DNA of 64,000 bases from Candidatus Bathyarchaeota archaeon (GTDB taxonomy: Archaea; Thermoproteota; Bathyarchaeia; Bathyarchaeales; Bathycorpusculaceae): positions 32,001-96,000 of the forward strand of contig CAWFFH010000005.1 of assembly GCA_963815095.1 (NCBI GenBank). The letters run 5' to 3'. Shown here piece after piece: positions 27,065-35,961 of this stretch (position 1 is the stretch's first letter; the number at the start of each line of letters is the position of its first letter). The notes below the pieces were generated by a model. It ran no database searches, had not been told where the DNA came from, and saw only the letters and a program-made list of their open reading frames with translations. Position numbers and translations under genes: made by a program.

Positions 27065-28249
27065 ATGAGCGCATCAAGTGAACTTGAAAAAGGAGCAACA
27101 GCTTACGCCCTAGATGCTGTAAGACTAGATAAGCAAGGGCAGAAAGGAAGAGCCATTACCCTCTATCAAAAAGCAATCGAAAGCCTACTGCAACTTGTGC
27201 AATTATATCCGGAGTACGGCTTAAACAAGGTGTACGTGCAGCGTGCGATTGCCTATCAGGAGCGGATTAAAGCGCTTCAGGGAACAGTTTCCTCTAACGA
27301 GATGAATGAGGCAGCTAACAATAATGGTGGCGGTGGAGGTGCAACCATGGAGGGAAATGGAAACGGCGCGAATGGAAAACCCAACGAAGAACTTGTAATG
27401 ACAGAAAAACCAAAAGTTAACTGGGGAGAAGTCATCGGCTTAGATACTGCCAAAAAAGCAGTCAAAGAAGCCATTGTATACCCTGTTCAACGCCCCGATC
27501 TATTCCCGCTTGGTTGGCCACGAGGCATTTTGCTATTCGGTCCTCCTGGTTGCGGCAAGACCCTGTTGGCGGCTGCAGTTGCCACAGAAATTGACGCCAA
27601 CTTCTATTCAATAGATGCAGCGTCAATTATGTCAAAATGGCTTGGGGAAGCTGAGCAGAATGTTGCAAAACTATTCGGAAGCGCCCGCAAATCAGCAACT
27701 GATGGAAAACCCGCGATTGTGTTCGTGGACGAGTTAGATTCACTTATGGGAAACCACAGCAACGAGGTTGGCGGAGAAATCCGAGTCAAAAACCAATTCC
27801 TCAAAGAAATGGACGGCATCGTGGATAAAGGAAAGGCACTTCACGTCTACGTGATTGGAGCAACAAACAAACCCTGGGATTTGGATTGGGCTTTCATTCG
27901 GCGTTTCCAGAAACGCATTTTGGTACCGCTTGCAGACCACGCAACACGCTTAAACATGCTCAAACTCTATTCAAGTAACCTACAAATCTCTGACGATGTT
28001 GATCTCGGAGAACTTGCAAGGTTGGCTGAAGGATTTTCAGGAAGCGATATTCGCGACGTTTGCCAATCTGCACAGCTGAGCTTAATAGGTGAGTTCTTTG
28101 AGTCTGGAAAAGCTATGGACAAAGAAGCTAAACCGCGATCACTGACAATGGCGGATTTCCGGCAGATCTTCGAAGAACGCAAGCCATCAGTGTCATTGGA
28201 TATGCTCTCACAGTACAACCGATGGTTCGAGGCATTCAAAGCGCTATAG
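27065..28249 (+). CDS. cdvC: Vps4-like AAA ATPase CdvC
   Basis: N-terminal MIT domain; GPPGCGKT, IVFVDELD, ATNKPWDLD..FIRRF. Confidence 0.95.
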   Translation: MSASSELEKGATAYALDAVRLDKQGQKGRAITLYQKAIESLLQLVQLYPEYGLNKVYVQRAIAYQERIKALQGTVSSNEMNEAANNNGGGGGATMEGNGNGANGKPNEELVMTEKPKVNWGEVIGLDTAKKAVKEAIVYPVQRPDLFPLGWPRGILLFGPPGCGKTLLAAAVATEIDANFYSIDAASIMSKWLGEAEQNVAKLFGSARKSATDGKPAIVFVDELDSLMGNHSNEVGGEIRVKNQFLKEMDGIVDKGKALHVYVIGATNKPWDLDWAFIRRFQKRILVPLADHATRLNMLKLYSSNLQISDDVDLGELARLAEGFSGSDIRDVCQSAQLSLIGEFFESGKAMDKEAKPRSLTMADFRQIFEERKPSVSLDMLSQYNRWFEAFKAL

Positions 28250-28392
28250 GAGGCAAAAAAGAAACCGATTTGGCTGGGTAATGTGGAAAGGTTTGGAGAA
28301 CCATTAATTTTTTACTCTCTCTCCCTTCTCCCCTCAAACAAAATCTCCAGACCCCACAAAACCACCCAGACCAAAACGGCTTGTCTTTTCGC

Positions 28393-28430
28393 CCCTAAAG
28401 TGAGTTTTTTTTTACTCATAATGTTTAGGG
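28393..28430. terminator. Stem-loop with T-run between convergent cdvC and pyrK
   Basis: CCCTAAA/TTTAGGG outer and TGAGT/ACTCA inner arms around a poly-T loop. Confidence 0.4.
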
Positions 28431-28499
28431 TGATGTTTGGAGAGCGGACTCGTTAGGAGTACCCATGTTTTATTGATAGACGCTTCCAACCCGGAGGTG

Positions 28500-29318
28500 T
28501 TAAACTGGTATCCTTGACCCGTCAAACCCCAGTTTCGAAATTCCCAGTTCCTCTTGGACCTCGCGCAGTTGCGCAGCATTGAAAACGGGTCCATCCCTAC
28601 AAACACGATATTTGCCTATTACGCAGCTTCCACATAATCCAATACCGCAGCGCATTAGCCGCTCTAAGCTGGCTTCTAAGGGTAATTTTCGTTTCTCGGT
28701 CATTTCAAAGATTTTTTTAACCATTACTTCTGGTCCGCACACGTATATCATATCGAATTTTTCTTTGTCAAGTAGGCTCGATAGTGGCTGAGTTACTAAG
28801 CATTGTAGTCCTGCGGTGCCGTCTTCAGTGGTGGTTGTTAGGCTTTTTTCGTTGCATACGCTCTTGAGTTCTTGCACAAAGAGTAGTTCATCTTTGGTTT
28901 TGGCGCCTTCCACAAAGGAGAGCCTTTCCGTTTTAGCAGCTAACTGTTTTGCAAGGAAAAGTAAGGGTGCCGTGCCGGTTCCTCCGCCGACCAGCAGTAC
29001 TCTGCCGCGGCTTTCCGTGAAACAGTTGCCGAATGGACCACGCACCCCAACAGTTGCGCCCGTTTCTAACGAATGCAAATGTCGTGTGGCGTCTCCAACA
29101 GCTTTAACGGAAACTGAAACCAAATTGTCCCCAGCATCCAATATGCTTAGGGGAATCTCGTCTACGCCTGGAATCCAAAGTATCAAGAATTGTCCAGGTT
29201 TTGCTTTCGCACACAACTTATCGGTTAGAGTGAAGGTTTTCACGGTTGGGCTTTCAGTTCGGATTCGAACTATTTGGCTGGTTCGCATAGTATTATTTGC
29301 GGTGAGCGAGGCCGACAA
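28500..29318 (-). CDS. pyrK: Dihydroorotate dehydrogenase electron transfer subunit
   Basis: PGQF, RGPFG, GGGTG, CGP, MRCGIGLCGSC...C 2Fe-2S motif. Confidence 0.93.
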   Translation of the reverse strand: MSASLTANNTMRTSQIVRIRTESPTVKTFTLTDKLCAKAKPGQFLILWIPGVDEIPLSILDAGDNLVSVSVKAVGDATRHLHSLETGATVGVRGPFGNCFTESRGRVLLVGGGTGTAPLLFLAKQLAAKTERLSFVEGAKTKDELLFVQELKSVCNEKSLTTTTEDGTAGLQCLVTQPLSSLLDKEKFDMIYVCGPEVMVKKIFEMTEKRKLPLEASLERLMRCGIGLCGSCVIGKYRVCRDGPVFNAAQLREVQEELGISKLGFDGSRIPV

Positions 29319-30213
29319 TCTCTTTTACACTCCCATAATGTTTTTTTCGCAAATATGTTTCTACTCCTTTGGTTACTGATTGAAAAATCTCTGTGTTCTC
29401 TGCGACGGCGGTTCCGATTTGGACTGCAGATGCACCTGCCAAGAAAAACTCGACGGCATCCTGCCAATCTGTGACTCCGCCGCACCCAATAATGGGTACA
29501 TCACTTAACGCTTCATGAATATCATAAACGCAACGTAATGCCACTGGCTTTACGGCAGGACCAGATAACCCGCCTTTCACATTGCTAAGAATAGGCAACA
29601 TGGTTTCTGTATCAATCGCCATCGCCTTGAGCGTATTAACCGCAGTCAAGGCATCAGCGCCAGCTTCAACCGCTGCCCGAGCTAAAACAGTTATGTCTGC
29701 AACATTTGGAGACAACTTTACAATCAACGGTTTATTGATGCCTGACTTAACTTGCTGCACAACTTCAGAGAGAAGTTTTTGGCTCTGACCAATCTCAGCA
29801 CCTGTCTGCTTAACATGCGGACACGAAACATTCAACTCTACTGCATCAGCGCCTGCAGCAACCGCCTTCTTAGCCACAGCAGCGTAATCCTCAGCAGAAT
29901 AACCAAAAACACTCACGATGACAGGAACACGCAAAATCGTCTTAGAAAATTTGATTTCCTCGGAGTAAACGTCAATCCCCGGATTAGGCAGCCCCATCGC
30001 ATTGATAAGTCCACTTTCTGCTTGAACCACTGTCGGGTTTGAGTAGCCCGCTCGAGGTTCGGTGCCCACAGATTTAGTAACCACTGCTCCAGCGCCACCC
30101 TTTACAATTCGGCGGAAGGATTCGGCGGAATAACCCAAAATCCCTGAAGCCAAAATCGTTGGGTTCGCCAACGTCAAGCCGGCAAAGCTTATGCCTAATG
30201 GATTGCTTTCCAA
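29293..30213 (-). CDS. pyrD: Dihydroorotate dehydrogenase class 1B catalytic subunit
   Basis: LASG, VVTKS, NAMGLPNPG, ELNVSCPH, KLSPN, GGLSG. Confidence 0.96.
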   Translation of the reverse strand: MESNPLGISFAGLTLANPTILASGILGYSAESFRRIVKGGAGAVVTKSVGTEPRAGYSNPTVVQAESGLINAMGLPNPGIDVYSEEIKFSKTILRVPVIVSVFGYSAEDYAAVAKKAVAAGADAVELNVSCPHVKQTGAEIGQSQKLLSEVVQQVKSGINKPLIVKLSPNVADITVLARAAVEAGADALTAVNTLKAMAIDTETMLPILSNVKGGLSGPAVKPVALRCVYDIHEALSDVPIIGCGGVTDWQDAVEFFLAGASAVQIGTAVAENTEIFQSVTKGVETYLRKKHYGSVKEIVGLAHRK

Positions 30214-30398
30214 ATAAATTCACCGTACAATCTAGGTTAATACTTTTAATAAGATAAAGCTTCTTTTTGCTGATTTCGCGGGTTTGTTTTTGGACCTAAT
30301 TTTAATCGTTTTTATGTTAATTTATGAAGCATTGAAGAAAATGACTGTATTTTGGGTGAAAAAAAGAAAATGAGGGTTTAGCCCAACTTTAAAGCGGT

Positions 30399-30449
30399 TT
30401 ATTTCTTCTTTTTAGCTTTTTTATCTTCTTTCTTTGGAGCTTTCGCCAC
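30399..30449 (-). CDS. Unannotated 16-aa lysine-rich micropeptide MAKAPKKEDKKAKKKK
   Basis: GTG start, GAGGT SD upstream, TATA-like TTTAAATA at ~30486-30493, oligo-T tract downstream (30359-30370). Confidence 0.6.
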   Translation of the reverse strand: MAKAPKKEDKKAKKKK

Positions 30450-30829
30450 GCTAATAACCTCAATGTTCTATTTGGCTTCAATTTGTATTTAAAATTTGCT
30501 TAAGGCTACATAGGCTGCCTTAACCAACAAATCGACGTAAAAATAGGCGATATAATCAAAATAAGCCTAAAACTGAGTAAATCATTGAGTCATTTTCAAT
30601 GGGGTTGTATGGCTGTACAGTTTTTACATTTTTATGTTAATACCTACGGCTCGATTTTAGATGGGTGGTTGTCGAGAAAAGTCTTTTATATCAGCGCGAT
30701 GTAAAAAATTACATAGGTTTGAAAAAATATTCAAACCAACAATAGAAAACTGGAACAGTTCAATAGCTAAACACGTGTTTCTTCCGACAAAAAGGTATCC
30801 AAGCCTTTCGGACAAAGAGGTAATGAATT

Positions 30830-31594
30830 GTGAAAGACGTCCAGAATGAAAAGCCTGAAAATGAAATTGAATTAAACAAAGTTGGAGTAGAAGGCTTAAG
30901 AAAATATGTGATAGTTAAAAACCCCACAAAAAGCTATCACACAATCGTCACCATAAATAGCTACATAAAATTGCCTTCCGACCGCCGTGGAGTCCACATG
31001 AGCAGGTTTGCGGAATCCATCGACGAAATTCCAGAAGAAACAAGATCAATTGAAGATTTAGCCGAAAAAATCTCTGAAACATCACTTGCAAAACACCGCC
31101 TTGACTGTTGCACCAAAGTGTTCTGTGAATTTCCATTTGAGCGAATCCGACCAAATGGCGAAAAAGAGAATGGTATAGGTAAAATGTTTGCCAAATACTC
31201 AACTCATAGCAAAAGAAAAACCCTCGGAGTCTCCATTAACGGCGCCCTGGCTTGCCCTTGTTCAAAAGAAATGTGCAGCGGCTTAACACATAACCAAAGA
31301 GGAAACCTTAGCGTTGAGATAGATGTTTCGAAGGGCAATGTCGAATTATCCGACATAACTAATGTTTGCAGCGAAAGTTTTAGTTCTCCAACATTTTCAA
31401 TTTTGAAAAGACCTGAAGAAAAGAAGCTAGTCGAGCAGATGCACCAGAATGCAAGGTTTGTTGAAGATGTTGTGAGAAAATGCGTTAGTTCTCTTAGAGA
31501 AAAGTATCCAAACAGGTACTGTGCCGTAAAATGCGTCAGTTTTGAATCCATCCACGATCATAATGCCTACTCTGAATGGCGAGGAACCCTGTAG
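30830..31594 (+). CDS. folE2: GTP cyclohydrolase FolE2/MptA family
   Basis: KDVQ, RGVHMSRF, ACPCS, THNQRG, LKRPEE, FVEDVVR, ESIHDHNA. Confidence 0.92.
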   Translation: MKDVQNEKPENEIELNKVGVEGLRKYVIVKNPTKSYHTIVTINSYIKLPSDRRGVHMSRFAESIDEIPEETRSIEDLAEKISETSLAKHRLDCCTKVFCEFPFERIRPNGEKENGIGKMFAKYSTHSKRKTLGVSINGALACPCSKEMCSGLTHNQRGNLSVEIDVSKGNVELSDITNVCSESFSSPTFSILKRPEEKKLVEQMHQNARFVEDVVRKCVSSLREKYPNRYCAVKCVSFESIHDHNAYSEWRGTL

Positions 31595-31608
31595 ACGGTA
31601 ATGCTAAA

Positions 31609-31971
31609 ATGTATCGATTAAGAATCGAATCTGAATTCGACGCTGCACATAAAATAGAAGGTTATGAAGGGAAATGTGCCCGCCTACATGGCCACACTTA
31701 TAAAGTTGAGGTCTTCGTGGTTGTCAAAGAGGTTGGTCCGATTGGAATTTCTTTCGACCTCAGGTTGCTAAAGGAAAAGCTGTTTAAGATAACTGAAAGG
31801 CTGGATCATAGTTACCTCAATGAACTAAAAGAACTGGGTAATCCCTCTGTGGAGAACATTTCTAAATATATTTTCCAAAACATGAAGGGCGATTTACCTA
31901 ATGGCGTCACATTGGAGAGGGCAAGAGTTTGGGAGACCCCAAAGAGCTGGTGCGAATACTTTGAAGGATAA
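31609..31971 (+). CDS. queD: 6-carboxy-tetrahydropterin synthase (PTPS-I)
   Basis: FDAAH, CxxxHGH (CARLHGH), LDHSYLN, NPSVEN, WETP. Confidence 0.9.
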   Translation: MYRLRIESEFDAAHKIEGYEGKCARLHGHTYKVEVFVVVKEVGPIGISFDLRLLKEKLFKITERLDHSYLNELKELGNPSVENISKYIFQNMKGDLPNGVTLERARVWETPKSWCEYFEG

Positions 31972-32317
31972 GGTCTTTCTCAAGAATTTAGTTTTACCCT
32001 GCACAATCGGCGTGACAAAAGAAGAGCGAGCAAAAAAACAAAACGTTATAGTTGACATAGAAATTTTCTGCGACTTAACCCACGCAGGAAAAACAGACGA
32101 CCTAACCAAATCCATAAACTACGCCCAAGTTCAAGAACAAGTAACCGCCACAGTTACAAATGGCGAATTTATACTCTTAGAAGGTCTTGCGCAAACCGTG
32201 GCGTCCCTCATTTTGAAAGATTCACTTGCTTCTCAAGTAACAGTAGCCATTAAGAAGGAAAAATACGGAAGCAAACCGGTAATGGGCGTTGAGATTACAA
32301 GGGAACGAAATGGTTGA
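31961..32317 (+). CDS. folB: Dihydroneopterin aldolase (bacterial type)
   Basis: IGVTKEER..KQ, DDLTKSINY, LLEGLA. Confidence 0.92.
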   Translation: MKDKVFLKNLVLPCTIGVTKEERAKKQNVIVDIEIFCDLTHAGKTDDLTKSINYAQVQEQVTATVTNGEFILLEGLAQTVASLILKDSLASQVTVAIKKEKYGSKPVMGVEITRERNG

Positions 32318-32789
32318 GGCATACATCGCGTTTGGGTCCAACATCGGAGACCGAGAAGCAAACATAAACAAAGCATTGGATACTTTAAGAAAGAAAATAA
32401 AAATAATCAAAACTTCCTCGCTTTATGAAACTAAGCCGATGTATTTGGAAAATCAAGACTGGTTCTTAAACGGCGTCGCAATAATAGAAACAACATTCAA
32501 ACCCGAAGAGCTTCTGGGCGTTTTGAAAAGAATCGAAAAAAAAATGGGCAGAAAAGAAGTTGGAAGAAACGGACCAAGAATAATTGACTTAGACATTTTA
32601 TTCTACAAAAACCAGATAATAAATGAAGACAAATTACACATACCGCACCCAAAAATTCAGGAAAGAGCCTTTGTCCTGGTGCCTTTGGCAGAAATCGAAC
32701 CAAACCTTATCCACCCAATCTACAAAAAAACAATTGCTCAATTGTTATCTGAACTAAAATACAATAAAAAAGAAATCAAAAAGTCATAA
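32310..32789 (+). CDS. folK: 6-hydroxymethyl-7,8-dihydropterin pyrophosphokinase (bacterial type)
   Basis: AFGSNIGDR, SSLYETKP, FLN, GPRIIDLDIL, IPHP...ERAFVLVPL. Confidence 0.95.
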   Translation: MVEAYIAFGSNIGDREANINKALDTLRKKIKIIKTSSLYETKPMYLENQDWFLNGVAIIETTFKPEELLGVLKRIEKKMGRKEVGRNGPRIIDLDILFYKNQIINEDKLHIPHPKIQERAFVLVPLAEIEPNLIHPIYKKTIAQLLSELKYNKKEIKKS

Positions 32790-32803
32790 TTTAGGTTAAG
32801 GGC

Positions 32804-33790
32804 ATGAAAGAAGACATCAAGGTTTACGTGAAGACTCCCGCCAGATTGCATTTGGGACTTATAGATTTGAACGGTGATTTAGGGAGAATTTTTGGAGGTT
32901 TAGGAGTAGCTATCGATCATCCAAACGTGGTCCTCGAAGCTAAAATGTCACAGAAACTAATAGCTAGAGGTGAACAGACCGAATTAACTCAAAACATAGC
33001 TGCCAGGTTCCTTAAGGCTTACAAAATAAATGAAAATGTCGCAATTGACGTAAAACAAGTAATTCCCGAACACATAGGGCTAGGGTCTGGTACACAGTTG
33101 GCTTTGGCTGTGGCAGCTTCAATTTCACGCTTGTTTAATGTAATAGCTTCACCTCAGGAGTGGGCTGCAGTATTGGGAAGAACCGCACAGTCAGGCGTGG
33201 GAACCGGAGTATTTGCAGAAGGAGGACTAGTTGTTGACGCAGGAAAAAACACCCAAAACTCAAACCACAAAACTATCCCAATTATCTGCCGCCAACCCTT
33301 TCCAGACGAGTGGCGCTTTGTTGTTGCAATTCCCAACACAAAAAAAGGGTTAGAAAAAGAAGCCGAAACTGTAGCATTCAAAAAACTGCCGCCCATGCCA
33401 ACTGAAGCGGTGGGCAAAATCTGCCGACTAACAATGATGAAGCTTCTTCCAGCCACCGCCGAAAAGGACATCGAAAACTTTGGAGCAGCCTTAACCCAAA
33501 TACAGAACATTGTTGGGGACAGTTTTGCAGCTGCTCAAGGCGGGCGATTCTCAAGTTCTCCAGCTGCCCAAACTATCGGGTTCATGCTTGAAAACGGAGC
33601 TTATGGGGCTGGTCAGAGTTCTTGGGGACCCACGGTTTATGGCGTAGTCAAAAGCACCGACGCCAAAGAAGTTCAAGCAAAAACCCAGGCTTTTCTCGAC
33701 GGGAAAGTTGGCGGAAAAGTTTTAGTTGCCAAAGCCAATAATCGGGGCGCAATAATCAGGGTCTACAAAACTGAAACGAAAAACTTATAA
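32804..33790 (+). CDS. mptG: Beta-RFAP synthase (GHMP kinase fold)
   Basis: TPARLHLGLIDL, HIGLGSGTQLALA, SGVG..F..GG.VVDAG, GQSSWGPT. Confidence 0.88.
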   Translation: MKEDIKVYVKTPARLHLGLIDLNGDLGRIFGGLGVAIDHPNVVLEAKMSQKLIARGEQTELTQNIAARFLKAYKINENVAIDVKQVIPEHIGLGSGTQLALAVAASISRLFNVIASPQEWAAVLGRTAQSGVGTGVFAEGGLVVDAGKNTQNSNHKTIPIICRQPFPDEWRFVVAIPNTKKGLEKEAETVAFKKLPPMPTEAVGKICRLTMMKLLPATAEKDIENFGAALTQIQNIVGDSFAAAQGGRFSSSPAAQTIGFMLENGAYGAGQSSWGPTVYGVVKSTDAKEVQAKTQAFLDGKVGGKVLVAKANNRGAIIRVYKTETKNL

Positions 33791-33803
33791 TTCCGCAAAC
33801 GGC

Positions 33804-34787
33804 ATGAGCGAGGCAGTGGACAGAATGCAAGAAACTAACACAGTGAAAGTAAGTGCCCCTGCTCATCTTCATACCGGCAATTTTGACATGACTGGAGACC
33901 TTGGAAGACTGTATGGAACCGTTGGTTTCGCAGTTGATAGGTGTCTTGAAATTGAAGTTACAAAAACTGATGAAGTTAAAGCGAACGATGATGCGGCATA
34001 CCTTTTCACTAAACGTTTTGCAGAAACCTTTGATTTAGCAGGAGCAGAAGTTAAAGTTAAAAAAGCTATTCCGAAATTTGTCGGAATGGGATACCACACG
34101 ACACTTGCCCTTTCAATAGGCAGTGCAATGGCTAAATTGTATGGGTTAAAATTAACCGCGGAAGAAATCGCCTTGGCAATGAAACGCGGCGCAATAACAA
34201 GCCTTGGGGTCCATGCATTCAAAGTTGGCGGATTCATTGTTGAAGGCGGATTCCGCATTAAAGAAAGAGAAAAAATGATTCCTCCCCTAATCTTTCATCA
34301 AGATATTCCAAGCAACTGGCATTTCGTCATCGCCATAGCAAACGAACCACAAGAAAAAATCGTTAAAATGAGAGAAAACGAAGACCATATCCTTCGAAAC
34401 CTCAAACTGATGCCCAAAGAAACCTCAGACATGCTCTCAAGAATCGTGCTAGTTAAAATCATACCCTCCATCGTTGAAAACGACCTCAAATCGTTTGGCG
34501 AAGGGTTAACAGCTTTTAATTCAGAGCTGGGCAAGTTTTGGAATGAATACCAATGCGGAAGAACCTACTGTCATCCCGTAGTTGAAGAGGCAATAAAAAT
34601 TATGCTGCGCCGAAGCACATGTGCATGCCAAACGTCTTGGGGACCCACAATCTACGGCATAGTAGATCGCCTAAGCGAAGCTGAAACCCTCTCAAAAGAA
34701 CTTAACGCGTATTTGGCGAAGAATGGCGGAGGAGAAGTCTTCATCACTAAAGCTAACAACGTTGGAGCAGTTATTGGGGGCAAGTAG
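33804..34787 (+). CDS. Second, divergent RFAP-synthase-family GHMP protein
   Basis: APAHLHTG, VGMGYHTTLAL, GGFIVEGG, QTSWGPT. Confidence 0.82.
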   Translation: MSEAVDRMQETNTVKVSAPAHLHTGNFDMTGDLGRLYGTVGFAVDRCLEIEVTKTDEVKANDDAAYLFTKRFAETFDLAGAEVKVKKAIPKFVGMGYHTTLALSIGSAMAKLYGLKLTAEEIALAMKRGAITSLGVHAFKVGGFIVEGGFRIKEREKMIPPLIFHQDIPSNWHFVIAIANEPQEKIVKMRENEDHILRNLKLMPKETSDMLSRIVLVKIIPSIVENDLKSFGEGLTAFNSELGKFWNEYQCGRTYCHPVVEEAIKIMLRRSTCACQTSWGPTIYGIVDRLSEAETLSKELNAYLAKNGGGEVFITKANNVGAVIGGK

Positions 34788-34789
34788 TT

Positions 34790-35942
34790 TTGGTCAAATC
34801 CATAGGGATTGACTCTGGAACAAAAACTATGGATATTTTTGGCTTCGACGACAAAGACGGCAAAGTAATAATTGACGTTGCCATTCCCAGAGACGAAATT
34901 ACCAAAAGCGCTAAACTTGTTGTTGAAAAAATTCGGGAAGCCCAGTCCCGTGTTGGAAAAATAGATGCCATAGTGGGTCCGTCAGGTTATGGGATGAATT
35001 TAAAAAAAGCTCAGGTAGCCACAGATGAAGAAATTGCTGAAGCAACTTTTGTAACAGAAGCTGACATCAAACGAAGACTAAGAATAATTGGTCTTAGAGA
35101 GCTCATGCAACTGCTCCGAAGTGCAGACGACTTGAACACATGGTTCACTCAAGGCGTTATACATCTAACAACCGTGCCGAAACATCGGAAAGCTAACAGA
35201 ATTGACATGGGAACTTCAGACAAAGTTCTAAGCGTCGTACTATGCTGTTAAGGACCAAGCGGAAAGATTAAAAATTCCATACGCTCAAACATCATTAATT
35301 CTTGTTGAAGTTGGATTCGGATACACCTCAGCAATTGCAGTGAAAAACGGACAAATAATCGATGCTATGGCAGGAACAGCAGGTTTTCCATCGTTTCTCG
35401 GCAGCGGTTTTTGGGATTCAGAAGTAGCTTACGCCGTAGCCAACGCGACGGACGATTTTTCTAAACAACTTCTCTTCGCCGGCGGAGTAGCATCTTTTGC
35501 CGGAATTGATGCTTCCAAGCCTTTGGAGGAATTTATCAAAGCAGCAAAAACCAACCTGCAAGTCAAACAGGGCTACGATATGATGTTAGAATCAATAGTC
35601 AAAGATGTAGCATCACTGCTTCCAACAGCTAAGCCCAAGGAAATAATTCTCAGCGGAAGATTCACACGGATACCTGAGTTTCTGGCAGCTATGAAAAGCG
35701 AACTTTCAGGTTTCTTTAAGGATACAGGCTTGAAAGTTGATATCGTGGTGCTTGAGAGTAAAGCGGCAGTGACTAAGCAAGCGGCCGAAGGCGCAGCGAT
35801 TTTTGCAAACGGCTTAGCCGGGGGCAAATACAAACCAATCATCGATGCCATGCATCTTAGGGAAAGTGAAGGAACAGTGTTTAGTAACCTTTACCTTGGG
35901 GACAAAGTTAAAGAAGGCTTGAGACAGTTTAAAAAACTGTAA
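34790..35942 (+). pseudogene. DUF1464-like (ASKHA/butyrate-kinase-like) gene split by a frameshift near 35240
   Basis: GIDSGTKT...GPSGYG...NRIDMGTSDK in one frame; continues AVKDQAERLKIPY...VEVGFGYT...ILSGR...AAEGAA in the +1 frame. Confidence 0.8.
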
Positions 35943-35961
35943 CCCCAAATCAGATATTAGT

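Noticed and set aside
30661-30849. 62-aa ORF upstream of folE2
   Set aside because: Overlaps the probable promoter and leader; no recognisable features.
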